64,000 nucleotides of DNA. Origin: Thermoanaerobaculia bacterium. Lineage in GTDB: Bacteria > Acidobacteriota > Thermoanaerobaculia > UBA5066. The first letter of the stretch is position 1, and each line of letters starts with the position of its first letter. The position numbers and the translations under genes were made by a program. The notes under the pieces are model-generated. The model saw only the letters and a program-made list of their open reading frames with translations, did no database searches and was not told the origin of the DNA. The DNA lies in contig CAVRAY010000001.1 in the NCBI GenBank assembly GCA_963719225.1, positions 1,152,001 to 1,216,000 of the forward strand, written 5' to 3'. Positions 1-14,044 of the stretch are shown in pieces.

Positions 1-440
1 AGGACCGTCCAGAGCAGCAGGCAGATGGCGAGCCGTACCGCGAAGAACGCCGGATTCATGTAAGGCGCGCGGTGCCGCAGGATCTCATCGCCCGCGACGC
101 GGGCCGGATCGGCCCACGGGTAGAGATGCTTGAGCCCGAAGAGGAGCGGGACCGCGAAGAGCGCGACGAGCGGCAGCGTGCGCGCCGAGGCCTCGAGGAT
201 CCGGCGGATGACGAGCCCCCACGCGCCGCCCGACATGTGGTGGAGCATCGAGATCGCAAGGCTTCCGAGGGCGATGCCGAGGACGAAGACGAACGCCACG
301 AGGTACGAGCGGTAGAACTGCGCGGGATTCGCGATGAGGCCGGCCGCCGAGACGACGCCGGCGAGCGTGCCGGCGACGAGGCTGCGCCGCCCGAGGGCGG
401 CGAGATCGGCAAGGGGCGGAGCCCAGCGGGATTCGGTCAT
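1..440 (-). CDS. actF: Alternative complex III membrane subunit ActF (partial, runs off the window)
   Basis: Not in the ORF track. Hand translation from ATG at 440 gives MTESRWAPPLADL...QFYRSYLVAFVFVLGIALGSLAISMLHHMSGGAWGLVIRRILEA...LYPW, typical of ActF. ATGA overlap with the actE stop. Confidence 0.85.
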   Translation of the reverse strand, partial: MTESRWAPPLADLAALGRRSLVAGTLAGVVSAAGLIANPAQFYRSYLVAFVFVLGIALGSLAISMLHHMSGGAWGLVIRRILEASARTLPLVALFAVPLLFGLKHLYPWADPARVAGDEILRHRAPYMNPAFFAVRLAICLLLWTV

Positions 441-1108
441 TTTGTTTCGGAAGAAGACGAAGGAAGAGAAGAATTCTTGGAAGGTGAATGTCCGGAGGCG
501 GCGGGTTTCGCCTCGCCCTGGCCCGCCACGAGAGCGGCTTTGTCCAGCGCCACTCGATCTTCCTTTCCAAGGAAATCTTCGGGCATGTGCCGGGAGGCCT
601 GGAGGGTGCGGATCCACGCGACGATCGCCCAGCGGTCTTCGGGCGTCACCTGCACGGCATAGCCAGACATCTGGCCGAAGCCGTTCGTGATGACGTCGAA
701 GAAGTAGCCCGCGCGCTCGGCTCTGAGTCGCTCCACGTGGTAGGAGGCCGGCTGCTTGAAGCCGCGGTGGACGATCATGCCCTGTCCCTGGCCGGTCCGT
801 CCGTGGCACGGCGAACAGAAGATGTTGAAGCGCTCCTGGCCGCGCAGGAGAAGCTCGCGCGTGACAGGCACGGGGATCTCCTCGACGAACTTGCCGTCGG
901 GGCCCTGGCCGCGCGAGAGAGCCGCGTCGCCGCGGAGGAACCCGCGCGCGACGGTGCCCTCGGGCAGCGCGCGTGCCGAGGCGCCGTCCGAAAAGAACGT
1001 GCTTTCGCGGAACGGCTTGATCTTGGCCTGGTGGTGCATGTCGTTCCGGCAGCCCGAGAGCGCGAGCGCGAGAACTGGCGCGGCGGCGAGGAGGAAGCTG
1101 CGGCGCAT
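437..1108 (-). CDS. actE: ACIII monoheme cytochrome c lipoprotein ActE
   Basis: Start MRRSFLLAAAP, lipobox LSGC followed by RNDMHHQAK, one CSPCH heme motif, position in the operon. Confidence 0.9.
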   Translation of the reverse strand: MRRSFLLAAAPVLALALSGCRNDMHHQAKIKPFRESTFFSDGASARALPEGTVARGFLRGDAALSRGQGPDGKFVEEIPVPVTRELLLRGQERFNIFCSPCHGRTGQGQGMIVHRGFKQPASYHVERLRAERAGYFFDVITNGFGQMSGYAVQVTPEDRWAIVAWIRTLQASRHMPEDFLGKEDRVALDKAALVAGQGEAKPAASGHSPSKNSSLPSSSSETK

Positions 1109-1718
1109 CAGTCCTCCACGTCCGAGACGAGGCTCGCGCCGAGCGTCTCCATGAAGCGGAAGGTGTCGCCGGCGCGGAAGCGCGGGTCGCGCGCGAGGAT
1201 CATGAGGAAGTACCGGTCGCGCGAGGCGAGCTGGAACCGCGGCACGGAGAAGACCGGGTGGTACGGCATCGGCAGGCCGTTCAGCACGAGCATGCCGAGC
1301 ACGGCCGCGATCCCCGCGAAGAGGATCGTGCACTCGAACGTGATCGGAATGAAGGACACCCAGCTGTTGTACGGGCGCCCTCCGATGTTCAGCGGGTAGT
1401 CGACGGCCGAAGTCCAGTACTGGAGGAAGAAGCCGAAGAAGCCCCCCAGGATCCCTCCGATCAGGACCAGGAGGGGAACCCGGGACGGGCCGTGCCCGAT
1501 CGCGTCATGCAGCTCCTCGATCGGATAGGGCGTGTAGGCCTCGATGACCTGGTAGCCCTCTTTGCGGACCGCGTGAACCGCGTGGACGAGCGCTTCGGGC
1601 TTTCCGAACTCGGCGATCACGCCGTAGAGGTGCGGGGGCAGATCGCCGCCCTCCTCGCGCGGGCCGGGCGTTCCGAACTCCGGCTTGACGTGGCGGGTGA
1701 ACAGCCGCGACAGGAAGC

Positions 1719-1722
<4 letters not shown>
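1108..1722 (-). CDS. actD: ACIII subunit ActD (DUF3341)
   Basis: C-terminal part of ORF 1108..2994. GTG start overlaps the actC stop. Motifs EAYTPYPIEEL, DYPLNIGGRP, FIPITFE. Confidence 0.88.
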
Positions 1723-3095
<1,373 letters not shown>

Positions 3096-3100
3096 TCGCC

Positions 3101-6009
<2,909 letters not shown>

Positions 6010-6013
<4 letters not shown>

Positions 6014-6666
6014 CGGTGGCACGTGCTGCAGTTCGTGAGCGCGATGGTGGATCGGAGGTTGTTCTGCTTCGCGAGCTCTCGTCCCAGCGTCTCCTGATCG
6101 GCCGCGGCCCAGGTGAGGTCGAAGATCCTGTCCTTCGGGCGCAGGGACTTCTCCGGGTTGCGGTGGCAGGCGATGCACCACTCCATCTGGAGCGACGGGA
6201 ACTGCGCCGTGAGGCGCATCTTGTCGACGCGGCCGTGGCAGGAGACGCACCCGACTCCTTTCGCCACGTGGATGCTGTGGTCGAAATACACGAAGTCCGG
6301 CAGGTCGTAGACCTTTCTCCAGTTCAGGGGCTTTCCGGTCCGGAAGCTCTCGCGGACCGGCTCGAGCATCGGGCTGTCGTTCCAGATGAGCTTGTGGCAG
6401 TTGATGCAGGTCGCCGTCGGCGGAATTCCGGCCGAGGCGCTCTTCTCGACGAAGGAATGGCAGTAGCGGCAGTCGATCCCGAGGCCGGCCACGTGATGCT
6501 CGTGGCCGAAGGGCACGGGCTGCTTCACCGTAACGCCCTGGTTCGTGTTGTAGGCGGATCGGTTCAGGATGGACGCCCCCCACCCGACGCCACCGAGGAT
6601 GAACACCGCGCCCCAGATCGAGAGGCGCGAGATGGCGTTCGTGCTCCGATTGAAGATCTGTGGCAT
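6010..6666 (-). CDS. actA: ACIII pentaheme cytochrome c ActA
   Basis: MPQIF start, N-terminal TM helix, five CxxCH motifs (CRYCH, CINCH, CVSCH, CIACH, CSTCH). Confidence 0.95.
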
Positions 6667-6745
6667 CGAGGCGCCGGGAATTTACCAGATAAAGGAAAGG
6701 CCGCCGGTCGCCCGGCGGCCCTTCGAGAACACGGCGATTGCCGCG

Positions 6746-6871
6746 CTATTTCGCGGGGCAGGTGGAAGCGCCGCAGCAACCACCGCCGCACGTTGCACTC
6801 GAGGTCGCGGAGGCGACCGTGCCGAGGGCGGCGACGAAAACGAGCAGCAGCGCGAACAGGGTCTTCTTCAT
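6746..6871 (-). CDS. 41-aa secreted Cys-rich small protein
   Basis: MKKTLFALLLVFVAALGTVASATSSATCGGGCCGASTCPAK. GAGGAG ribosome-binding site 7 nt upstream; classic signal peptide. Confidence 0.7.
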   Translation of the reverse strand: MKKTLFALLLVFVAALGTVASATSSATCGGGCCGASTCPAK

Positions 6872-6964
6872 GATTCTTCTCCTCGGAGCTCTTGCTCCGA
6901 TGTTTTCGGAAATCAGGAGATTCGGATTTTCTTCACGGAAGAAGCATACCCCTAGAATCCCCGC

Positions 6965-8674
6965 GTGACTTCCCGTTTCACTCGCTCGCGCTTCATGGCG
7001 CCCGTCGTCGTGCTGTCGATCGTCCTCGCGCTCCGCGCCGCCTCGCTCACCTCGCTCCTTGCCACCCCGCTCGCGTCGTGGCACCTCTGGATGGAGACGG
7101 ACGAGCACGCCTACGTCGAGTGGTCGGCCCGCCTCGCGGCGGGGAACTGGGCGGACGTGCCCGCGTACCGGGCGTACTTCAACTGGCAGAAGGAGTACGG
7201 CCCGCCGGAGACGTGGGAGCGCTGGTACCAGAAGAACGCGTACTATGCCGGGCCGCTCTATCCCTACGGCCTCGCTGTCCTCAGAAAGATCTTCGGCTCG
7301 CCTTTCCTGCCGGCGCGCGTTCTGCAACTTCTTCTGGCGTGTCTCGCATCCGCATTTCTTGCGGCGGCAATTCAAGGAGTCGGAGAAGATTTTCCTAGAA
7401 GGGAAGAAGGGAAGGGCGGGCGTGCGGTCTTGTGGTCGGCGATCGCCGGAGGCGTTCTCTACGGAGCGTACGGCCCCCTCGTCTTCCACGATTTCTTCCT
7501 TTACCGCGACGGCCCCGTCGCGCACCTCTCGACGCTCCTCGTGGCGTTGCCGCTGATAGCACGGGGAGGGAGCGAAGGGAAGATTTCTTCGAATGGTGAA
7601 GAGGGGAACGGCAAGCGGCGGGGATGGGCCGCGCTTTTTCTGGGCCTGCTGGGGGGCGCGGCAACCCTGATGAAGCAGACGGTGCTTCCCCTCGCGCTCT
7701 TCTCTCTCTATTCACTTTCAAAGAAATCCGAGTCCCCCGGCGGCCGCGGACGCGGCCGCTCCCTCCTCTTCGGACTCATCGGTCTCGCTCTTCCTCTCTC
7801 CGTCCTCTGCATCCGAAACGTCTCCGTCGGCGTCCCGCCGCTGACGTTCGACACGCGCCAGTCGATCGGCCTCGCGTGGGGAAACGGGTTCGGAGCCGAC
7901 GCGACGACGAATCCGGCGCCGGGAATGAAGGAGATCCTGGAGGAGGCCGGCGGGTCCACGTCGAAGACGGCGAAGCTCGTCCTCGCCGGCTACCGGGATC
8001 AGCCGCTCGAGCTGCCGAAGCTGTTCCTGAAGAAGACCGCGACTTTCTTCAACGTCTACGAGGTCCCCGACAACGCGAACTTCTACTTCTTCCGCGACCG
8101 GCTTCCGCTGCTGAAGGTACTGCCCGTCTTTCCCTGCCTCCTCGGCACCGGACTGGTCGGGCTGTTCGCCGCGCTCGCGCGCGGCGTGCTGAGAAAGGAA
8201 GAAGGGCTTCTGGCGGCCGTCGGCATCGTCGGGCCGCTCGCGGCGTGCTTGCTGGTTCAGACGACGTCCCGATATCGCGTGGGAGCGGCCGGGCCACTCG
8301 CGCTCGGAACGGGTCTCTTCTTCCTCTTGACCTTCGAAGAAATACGCGCGCGCCGGCAGCGAAACGCTTTCCTTCTGGCTGCGGCCGCGGGAGCACTGTC
8401 TCTCGTGACATTGCTTCCCTCGGTGATCCCGACGCGCAAGCACCGCTTCTCGGATACGCTCGTCTACGCGACGATCGTCGAGGCGCAGGAGGGGCCGGCG
8501 GCCGCGGCCGCCGAAGTGCGCCGGTATCTCGATGAAGGAGGCGATGACGAAAGCCGGGCAACCGGCATCGCGGCCCTACGCTACTGGGCGGAAAGCGGCG
8601 ACCGCTCGGGGTCGCTCGTCGAGCCCCCCGGCATCGCGCCGCCGGAGCGGCGCGTGCGGAAGAAAGAGAATTAG
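6965..8674 (+). CDS. GT-C fold membrane glycosyltransferase (ArnT/PMT-like, GT39/83 type)
   Basis: TM helix followed by a DE motif (TDEHAYVEW), PLYPY, many TM segments, C-terminal RYR. Confidence 0.7.
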   Translation: MTSRFTRSRFMAPVVVLSIVLALRAASLTSLLATPLASWHLWMETDEHAYVEWSARLAAGNWADVPAYRAYFNWQKEYGPPETWERWYQKNAYYAGPLYPYGLAVLRKIFGSPFLPARVLQLLLACLASAFLAAAIQGVGEDFPRREEGKGGRAVLWSAIAGGVLYGAYGPLVFHDFFLYRDGPVAHLSTLLVALPLIARGGSEGKISSNGEEGNGKRRGWAALFLGLLGGAATLMKQTVLPLALFSLYSLSKKSESPGGRGRGRSLLFGLIGLALPLSVLCIRNVSVGVPPLTFDTRQSIGLAWGNGFGADATTNPAPGMKEILEEAGGSTSKTAKLVLAGYRDQPLELPKLFLKKTATFFNVYEVPDNANFYFFRDRLPLLKVLPVFPCLLGTGLVGLFAALARGVLRKEEGLLAAVGIVGPLAACLLVQTTSRYRVGAAGPLALGTGLFFLLTFEEIRARRQRNAFLLAAAAGALSLVTLLPSVIPTRKHRFSDTLVYATIVEAQEGPAAAAAEVRRYLDEGGDDESRATGIAALRYWAESGDRSGSLVEPPGIAPPERRVRKKEN

Positions 8675-10920
8675 CGCGGGCGGAAGCCGCCGCCGCCCGG
8701 CCTGCCGCGGAAGCCGCCGCCGCCGCCAGGCCGCCGGTCGCGGTCGAAGTGGCGCGGGCGGTCGTCGCGTCCACCGTCTCCCTCGCCCGCCACGACCGCC
8801 GCCGTGAGGCCGAGCCGCTCGATCTCGGCGGCCGTCTCCTCGGGCGTGAGCGCCTGGCGGCGCGAAAGCTTGATCTTCCCGTTCACGGGGTCGATCGCGA
8901 TGATCTTGACCTTGACCTTGTCGCCCATCTTCACGACGTCGGTCGTCTCGCGCACGCGTCCCGGCGCGAGCTCGGAGATGTGGACGAGGCCGTCCATGCC
9001 CGGAAGGATCTGCACGAAGCAGCCGTAGGGCTCGATGCGCATGACCGTGCCGAGGTACTCGGTGCCGATCTCCGGGACCGTCGTGAGCTGGCGGATCGCC
9101 TCGATGCACTTCTCGGCCGTCGGCATGTCGCTGGAGGCGACCGTGACGGTGCCGTCGTCCTGCACGTCGATCTTGCAGGAGTATTCCTTCTGGAGCGCGC
9201 GAATGGTCTTGCCGCCGGAGCCGATGACGTCGCGGATCTTCTCCTCTGGCACCGTGATCGTGAGGAGGCGTGGCGCGAACGCGGAGAGCTCGGGGCGGGC
9301 GGCGTTCAAGGTCTGCTCCATCTTGTCGAGGATGAAGAGCCTGCCGTGGCGCGCCTGCTCGAGGGCCTGCTGGAAGATCTGCGGCGTGATGCCGCCGATC
9401 TTGATGTCCATCTGGAGGGCCGTGATGCCCGTGCGCGTGCCCGCGACCTTGAAGTCCATGTCGCCGTAGTGATCTTCCTGTCCGGCGATGTCCGTCAGGA
9501 CGGCGAACGCGTCGCCTTCCTTCACGAGGCCCATCGCAACGCCCGCGACCGCGCCCTTGACGGGCACGCCGGCGTCCATGAGCGCGATGGAGGCGCCGCA
9601 GATCGTCGCCATCGACGACGAGCCGTTCGACTCGAGGATGTCGGATACGACGCGGATCGTGTACGGGAACTCCTTCTCGTCCGGCAGGACCGCCTGGAGA
9701 GAGCGCCACGCGAGGCGGCCGTGGCCGATCTCGCGGCGGCCGGGAGAGCCGAACCGCTTGACCTCGCCGACGGAGAAGGGCGGGAAGTTGTAGTGAAGGA
9801 GGAACGCGCGCTCGGACTCGCCCTCGAGGTCCTCGATGAGCTGGGTGTCGTCGGAGGTGCCGAGCGTCACGGTGACGAGCGCCTGCGTCTCGCCGCGCGT
9901 GAAGAGCGACGAGCCGTGCGTCCGCGGGAGGACGCCCGCCTCGATCGTGATGGGGCGGATCTGGTCGAAGGCGCGGCCGTCGAGGCGCTTCCTCTGCTTG
10001 ACGATCGTCTCGCGCGTGAGCGTCTCGACGAGCTCGGAAAGCGCGCGCTTCGCCAGCTTGCGCGTCTCCGGCTGGTCCTCGGGGATCAGCTCGACGCCGT
10101 ATTTCTTGACTTCCTTGATCTTCGCGTACGACTCGATCTTCCCGGGATGCGTGAGGGCCTCCATCATCGGACCCTCCCACTGGCCGCGGACGGCCGCCGC
10201 GAAGTCCGCGGGGACGGGCGCCAGAGGCGTGAACGGCGCCTTCACCACGTTGCGCCGCGCGGCCATCGCGGCGATGGCCTCGACGATCTTCCTCACCTGC
10301 GCGTGCCCGCTCAGGATCGCCTCGAGCATCACGGCCTCGGAGACCTCCTTCGCGCCCGCCTCGACCATCGAGACCGCGTCGTGCGTGCCGACGACCATGA
10401 GATCGAGCTCGGATTCCTTGCGCTCCTTCGCGGTCGGGTTGAAGACGAAGCGCTCACCGATCTTTCCGACGCGGACGGCGCCGAGGATGTGGTGAAAGGG
10501 GATCGTGTTGATCGCGAGCGCCGCGGCGGCGCCGTTGATCGCGAGGACGTCGGGATCGTTCTCGCCGTCGGCCGAGAGGACGAGGCCCACGATCTGGGTC
10601 TCGTGGTTGAAGCCCTCGGGGAAGAGCGGGCGGAACGGCCGGTCGATCATCCGGCACGTGAGAATCTCCTTCTCGGTGGGGCGCCCCTCGCGCTTGAAGA
10701 AGCCCCCCGGAATCCGGCCCGCCGCGTACGCGTATTCCTTGTACTCGACGGTGAGCGGAAGGAAGTCGATGTCCTTCGCTTCCTTCGCGTAGCAGGCGGT
10801 CACGAGAACCATCGTGTCGCCGCACTTCACGACGGCGGCGCCGTCGGACTGCTTGGCGATCTTGCCGGTTTCGATCGTGAGGGGACGGCCATCGAGATCG
10901 ACGGTCAGGGTGTCGTACAT
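8671..10920 (-). CDS. pnp: Polyribonucleotide nucleotidyltransferase (PNPase)
   Basis: RIPGGFFKREG, HGSSLFTRGETQ, ESNGSSSMA, GDMDFKVAG, KH and S1 domains. RBS AAAGGA before the ATG at 10920. Confidence 0.98.
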   Translation of the reverse strand: MYDTLTVDLDGRPLTIETGKIAKQSDGAAVVKCGDTMVLVTACYAKEAKDIDFLPLTVEYKEYAYAAGRIPGGFFKREGRPTEKEILTCRMIDRPFRPLFPEGFNHETQIVGLVLSADGENDPDVLAINGAAAALAINTIPFHHILGAVRVGKIGERFVFNPTAKERKESELDLMVVGTHDAVSMVEAGAKEVSEAVMLEAILSGHAQVRKIVEAIAAMAARRNVVKAPFTPLAPVPADFAAAVRGQWEGPMMEALTHPGKIESYAKIKEVKKYGVELIPEDQPETRKLAKRALSELVETLTRETIVKQRKRLDGRAFDQIRPITIEAGVLPRTHGSSLFTRGETQALVTVTLGTSDDTQLIEDLEGESERAFLLHYNFPPFSVGEVKRFGSPGRREIGHGRLAWRSLQAVLPDEKEFPYTIRVVSDILESNGSSSMATICGASIALMDAGVPVKGAVAGVAMGLVKEGDAFAVLTDIAGQEDHYGDMDFKVAGTRTGITALQMDIKIGGITPQIFQQALEQARHGRLFILDKMEQTLNAARPELSAFAPRLLTITVPEEKIRDVIGSGGKTIRALQKEYSCKIDVQDDGTVTVASSDMPTAEKCIEAIRQLTTVPEIGTEYLGTVMRIEPYGCFVQILPGMDGLVHISELAPGRVRETTDVVKMGDKVKVKIIAIDPVNGKIKLSRRQALTPEETAAEIERLGLTAAVVAGEGDGGRDDRPRHFDRDRRPGGGGGFRGRPGGGGFRPR

Positions 10921-11014
10921 GGGCAATTCCTTTCGCGTGGCCCTGCCCGGCGCGCACGAGAATCCAGCCGCGGAATGCGGGCCGGGGCGTGCCGCCGAAC
11001 GTGAGGAAGAAGGA

Positions 11015-11284
11015 CTACTTGCGGAGTCCGAGGCGTTCGATCAGGGCCCGGTACCGCTCCGCGTCGCGCCTCTTCACGTAATCGAGCAGGCGCCGCCGCC
11101 GGCCGACCATCTGGAGGAGCCCCCTCCTCGAGTGATGGTCCTTGGCGTGGGCCTTGAAGTGCTCGGTCAGCTCGGAGATGCGCTTGGAGAGAAGGGCGAC
11201 CTGGACCTCAGGGGATCCCGTGTCGCTCTCATGGCGCCGGTAGCTGGTGATCGTTTCCGCCTTCTTCGTGGTGAGCTGGGCCAA
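11015..11284 (-). CDS. rpsO: 30S ribosomal protein S15
   Basis: [12 protein letters not shown]...[10 protein letters not shown]...LGLRK; TTG start. Confidence 0.98.
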   Translation of the reverse strand: MAQLTTKKAETITSYRRHESDTGSPEVQVALLSKRISELTEHFKAHAKDHHSRRGLLQMVGRRRRLLDYVKRRDAERYRALIERLGLRK

Positions 11285-11326
11285 TGTCTTTTTTTCCTTA
11301 GATATCTCTAATTTTTCAGCCCGCGA

Positions 11327-11355
11327 AGTCTACCGGGAACGCGGAAGGCGGTCAA
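11327..11355 (-). promoter_or_regulatory. sigma70-type promoter of rpsO-pnp
   Basis: TTGACC-17 nt-TAGACT on the minus strand, about 40 nt upstream of rpsO. Confidence 0.7.
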
Positions 11356-11432
11356 TCGGGCGGCAAGTGATGGTGAGGGAGCGGTTTGGCATGACCTCTT
11401 TGCTCTAGAACGCGATCGAGGTCTCATCCGCC

Positions 11433-11750
11433 TCATCCGTCGCAGCCCACGGCAATGGCGAGTGCCCGACAGACATCCCGCATTCTCCCCGGCGAGAGAC
11501 GACCGACGTAGCCCCTGAGGCGCGAGCGCTCGATCGTCTGGACGTGGTCGAGGTTCACCGCTGATTCGAATTTCAAGCCCTCGGGCACCCCGACACTCAC
11601 CTCGCTCGGGGCCCCTCGAATCGTCGAGGTGACGGGCGCGACCATGACGGTGTGAAGGAGCGGAATCACCTCGTCCCGCGTGAGAATCAGAACGGGCCGG
11701 ATCTTGTCGGGCGCCTTGAATCCATAGCGCCAGATCTCGCCCCGGCTCAC
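11433..11750 (-). CDS. PemK/MazF family toxin
   Basis: RGEIW...KIRPVLILT...VAPVTS...SAVNLDHVQTI. GTG start overlaps the antitoxin stop. Confidence 0.9.
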   Translation of the reverse strand: MSRGEIWRYGFKAPDKIRPVLILTRDEVIPLLHTVMVAPVTSTIRGAPSEVSVGVPEGLKFESAVNLDHVQTIERSRLRGYVGRLSPGRMRDVCRALAIAVGCDG

Positions 11751-11980
11751 TTCGCGGGCCACGACCCCTCGCGCTCCCATCCGCTGAACTCGTCGGAGAT
11801 TCCCAACCGGGTTCCGTAGGCTCGTTGATACGCTGCGGCGATTCGGCGCTTGCGGCTCCGGCTCAAGTACTCCGCGGCGGCCCGCCGCAATACCGCGGAC
11901 CGTCCCACCTGGCGGACCTCGGGGTCGGCGTCGAGCTTCTTGAGGAGCGGCTCATCGAGGACGACCTGTACAGCTTTCAT
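11747..11980 (-). CDS. Ribbon-helix-helix (CopG-like) antitoxin
   Basis: MKAVQVVLDEPLLKKLD...RSAVLRRA, directly upstream of the MazF-like toxin. Confidence 0.85.
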   Translation of the reverse strand: MKAVQVVLDEPLLKKLDADPEVRQVGRSAVLRRAAAEYLSRSRKRRIAAAYQRAYGTRLGISDEFSGWEREGSWPAK

Positions 11981-11986
11981 GTTGAC

Positions 11987-12014
11987 AGTATATAAACAGT
12001 GAGGGGAAGGTCAA
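11987..12014 (-). promoter_or_regulatory. Promoter of the TA operon (probably leaderless)
   Basis: TTGACC-16 nt-TATACT, with the -10 box 6 nt before the antitoxin ATG. Confidence 0.6.
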
Positions 12015-12086
12015 AGGCGAAGCGCACCTTCCGCGCGGTCGGACGGTACGGTCAGCGCCACCGCCCGAGCAGAACAATGTTCGAAA

Positions 12087-13019
12087 TCACTCCGCGAGGA
12101 CGATCTTCGGCCGGGCGAGCGCGAGGACGCCCCTGCCGAGCGGCTCGAGGATGCCGAGGGCGAGGAGGTCGCCGCCCGCCGTCAGGCGCACCATCGGCGC
12201 GCCCGCGGCGTCGGGCGGGACCCGGACGGGCACGCCGTGCCCGCTCTTCACCTTCGCCGCTTCGGCGGGAGCGAGAGGGACCGCCGGGAACGGGAGCGGG
12301 ATTTCCGAGAGAGAGAGCCAGAACGGCTTAGACAGGCGCTCCGCGGGCGCGAGCGCCTCGAGCTCGGCCAGAGTGCGCGCGTCCTCGAGTCGGAAGGGCC
12401 CGATCGAGGTGCGGCGGAGCGACGCGAGATGGGCGCCGAAGCCGAGCGCTTTTCCGACGTCGTGCGCGAGCGAGCGGATGTACGTGCCCGACGTGCACGA
12501 GATGCGGAAGCGGGCGACATCGCCCTCGAGGGCGAGGATCGCGAATTCGTGGACGGTGACCGTCTTCGGGAGGTCGGGCACGGCCTCGCCTTTTCGCGCC
12601 AGTTCGTAGAACTTGCGGCCTTCGAACTTTTTCGCGGAGAAAGGCGGCGGCGACTGCCGGATCTCGCCCGTGAACGAGCGGCAGACCTCCTCGAGGCGCG
12701 CGCGCTCCGGACGGGGATCGGGGTGCGGCTCTCCGGCGGGCGTCCCCTCGGTGTCGTACGTGTCCGTCACGATGCCGAAGCGCATCGTGCCCTCGTACGT
12801 CTTCTCCCAGCCCGTGAGGAACGACTGCAGCCGCCCGGCGCGGCCCACGCACAGGACGAGGAGCCCGGTCGCCGCGGGATCCAGCGTTCCCGTGTGTCCG
12901 ATGCGCCGCGTGCCGAGGAGCCGGCGCGCCACGTCCACGACGTCGTGGGACGTGAGCTTCGCGGGCTTGTCGACGAGGAGGAGGCCGGAAGGACCCTCGG
13001 AGCGCGGCGATCCCGTCAC
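12087..13019 (-). CDS. truB: tRNA pseudouridine(55) synthase
   Basis: GLLLVDKP, TSHDVV, GHTGTLDPAATG, SGTYIRSLA. GTG start overlaps the DHH stop. Confidence 0.95.
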   Translation of the reverse strand: MTGSPRSEGPSGLLLVDKPAKLTSHDVVDVARRLLGTRRIGHTGTLDPAATGLLVLCVGRAGRLQSFLTGWEKTYEGTMRFGIVTDTYDTEGTPAGEPHPDPRPERARLEEVCRSFTGEIRQSPPPFSAKKFEGRKFYELARKGEAVPDLPKTVTVHEFAILALEGDVARFRISCTSGTYIRSLAHDVGKALGFGAHLASLRRTSIGPFRLEDARTLAELEALAPAERLSKPFWLSLSEIPLPFPAVPLAPAEAAKVKSGHGVPVRVPPDAAGAPMVRLTAGGDLLALGILEPLGRGVLALARPKIVLAE

Positions 13020-14044
13020 TCGGGACCCGGCACGGCGGCTGTTCCGTCTGTGGCGGCTTCCACCGCCGCGGCGATCTCCGGAACGAGCGCCGCCTTCGCC
13101 GAGGCGAGCGTGCCGGCCACGCGGCAGCCCGAGGCGTTGCGGTGGCCGCCGCCGGCGTGGCGCGCCGCGACGCTCCGGATGTCCACGACGCCCTTGCTGC
13201 GCAGCGAGCAGCGGATCTCCCCGTTCTCGCCTTCCCTCAGGAGCACGGCGGCGCGGACGCCTTCGATGCCGCGCGCGCGGTTCACGAGCCCTTCCGTGTC
13301 CGAATCCTTCGCGCCGCTCTCCTCGAAGAAGCGGCGGGGGAGCTCGACCGTCGCGACGCTTCCGCCCGCGTGGAGCTCGAGCGTCCCGAGAACGAGCGCC
13401 TCGAGCTTCAGCGTCGAGAGCGGAGCCGCCTCGAAGAGAAACTCGTTCACCGGACCGGGCTCGGCCCCTTCGGCCACGAGCCTCGCCCCGAGCGCGAGCG
13501 CCTTCGGCGTCGTATTCGAGTAGCGGAACGAGCCGGTGTCGGAGACGAGAGACACCCAGAGGTTCGTCGCGATGTCCTTCGAGAGCGGCCAGCCGAGGAG
13601 GTCGAGGAGGTCGGCGACGATCTCGCCCACGGCCGCGGCCGGAAGGTCCACGAGGTTGAGGGCGCCGTAGCGCGAGTTGCCGGGATGGTGATCGACGTTC
13701 ACGACTCTGCCTGCAAGGAGGTTCGGCCAGCCGGCGCGGTCCGCCTCGGGGCACTCCATCGTGAGGAGCGCGTCCCAGCCCGCGGGCCAGTCGCCGGGCA
13801 ATGCGTCCGCCACGAGGACGCGGGAGATCCCGGGCATCTTCGAATAGGCGGAAGACCACCCGTCGCGCATGACGACGTGCGCCTCCTTCCCCGCGGCCTC
13901 GAGAGCGAGCGCGAGGCCGAGCGCCGAGCCGAGGGCGTCGCCGTCCGGGTTGCGGTGGCCGGTGAGGAGGAAGCGTTTCCCCGACGCGAGGAGCTTTGCG
14001 ACGTCCGCGTAGGCGGCGTCGACCTCGGCGTCCCGCGCCGTCAT
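13016..14044 (-). CDS. nrnA: DHH/DHHA1 phosphoesterase (NrnA-like)
   Basis: HRNPDGDALGS, VDHH, DTGSF, SLRS, GGGH. Confidence 0.9.
   Translation of the reverse strand: MTARDAEVDAAYADVAKLLASGKRFLLTGHRNPDGDALGSALGLALALEAAGKEAHVVMRDGWSSAYSKMPGISRVLVADALPGDWPAGWDALLTMECPEADRAGWPNLLAGRVVNVDHHPGNSRYGALNLVDLPAAAVGEIVADLLDLLGWPLSKDIATNLWVSLVSDTGSFRYSNTTPKALALGARLVAEGAEPGPVNEFLFEAAPLSTLKLEALVLGTLELHAGGSVATVELPRRFFEESGAKDSDTEGLVNRARGIEGVRAAVLLREGENGEIRCSLRSKGVVDIRSVAARHAGGGHRNASGCRVAGTLASAKAALVPEIAAAVEAATDGTAAVPGPE

Noticed and set aside
6746-6871. The Cys-rich peptide as a RiPP precursor
   Set aside because: It has a Sec-type signal peptide and no adjacent maturase; kept only as a small secreted protein
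10927-11014. GC-rich pairing potential between rpsO and pnp (RNase III-type stem)
   Set aside because: I could not define a convincing stem by eye against the high-GC background
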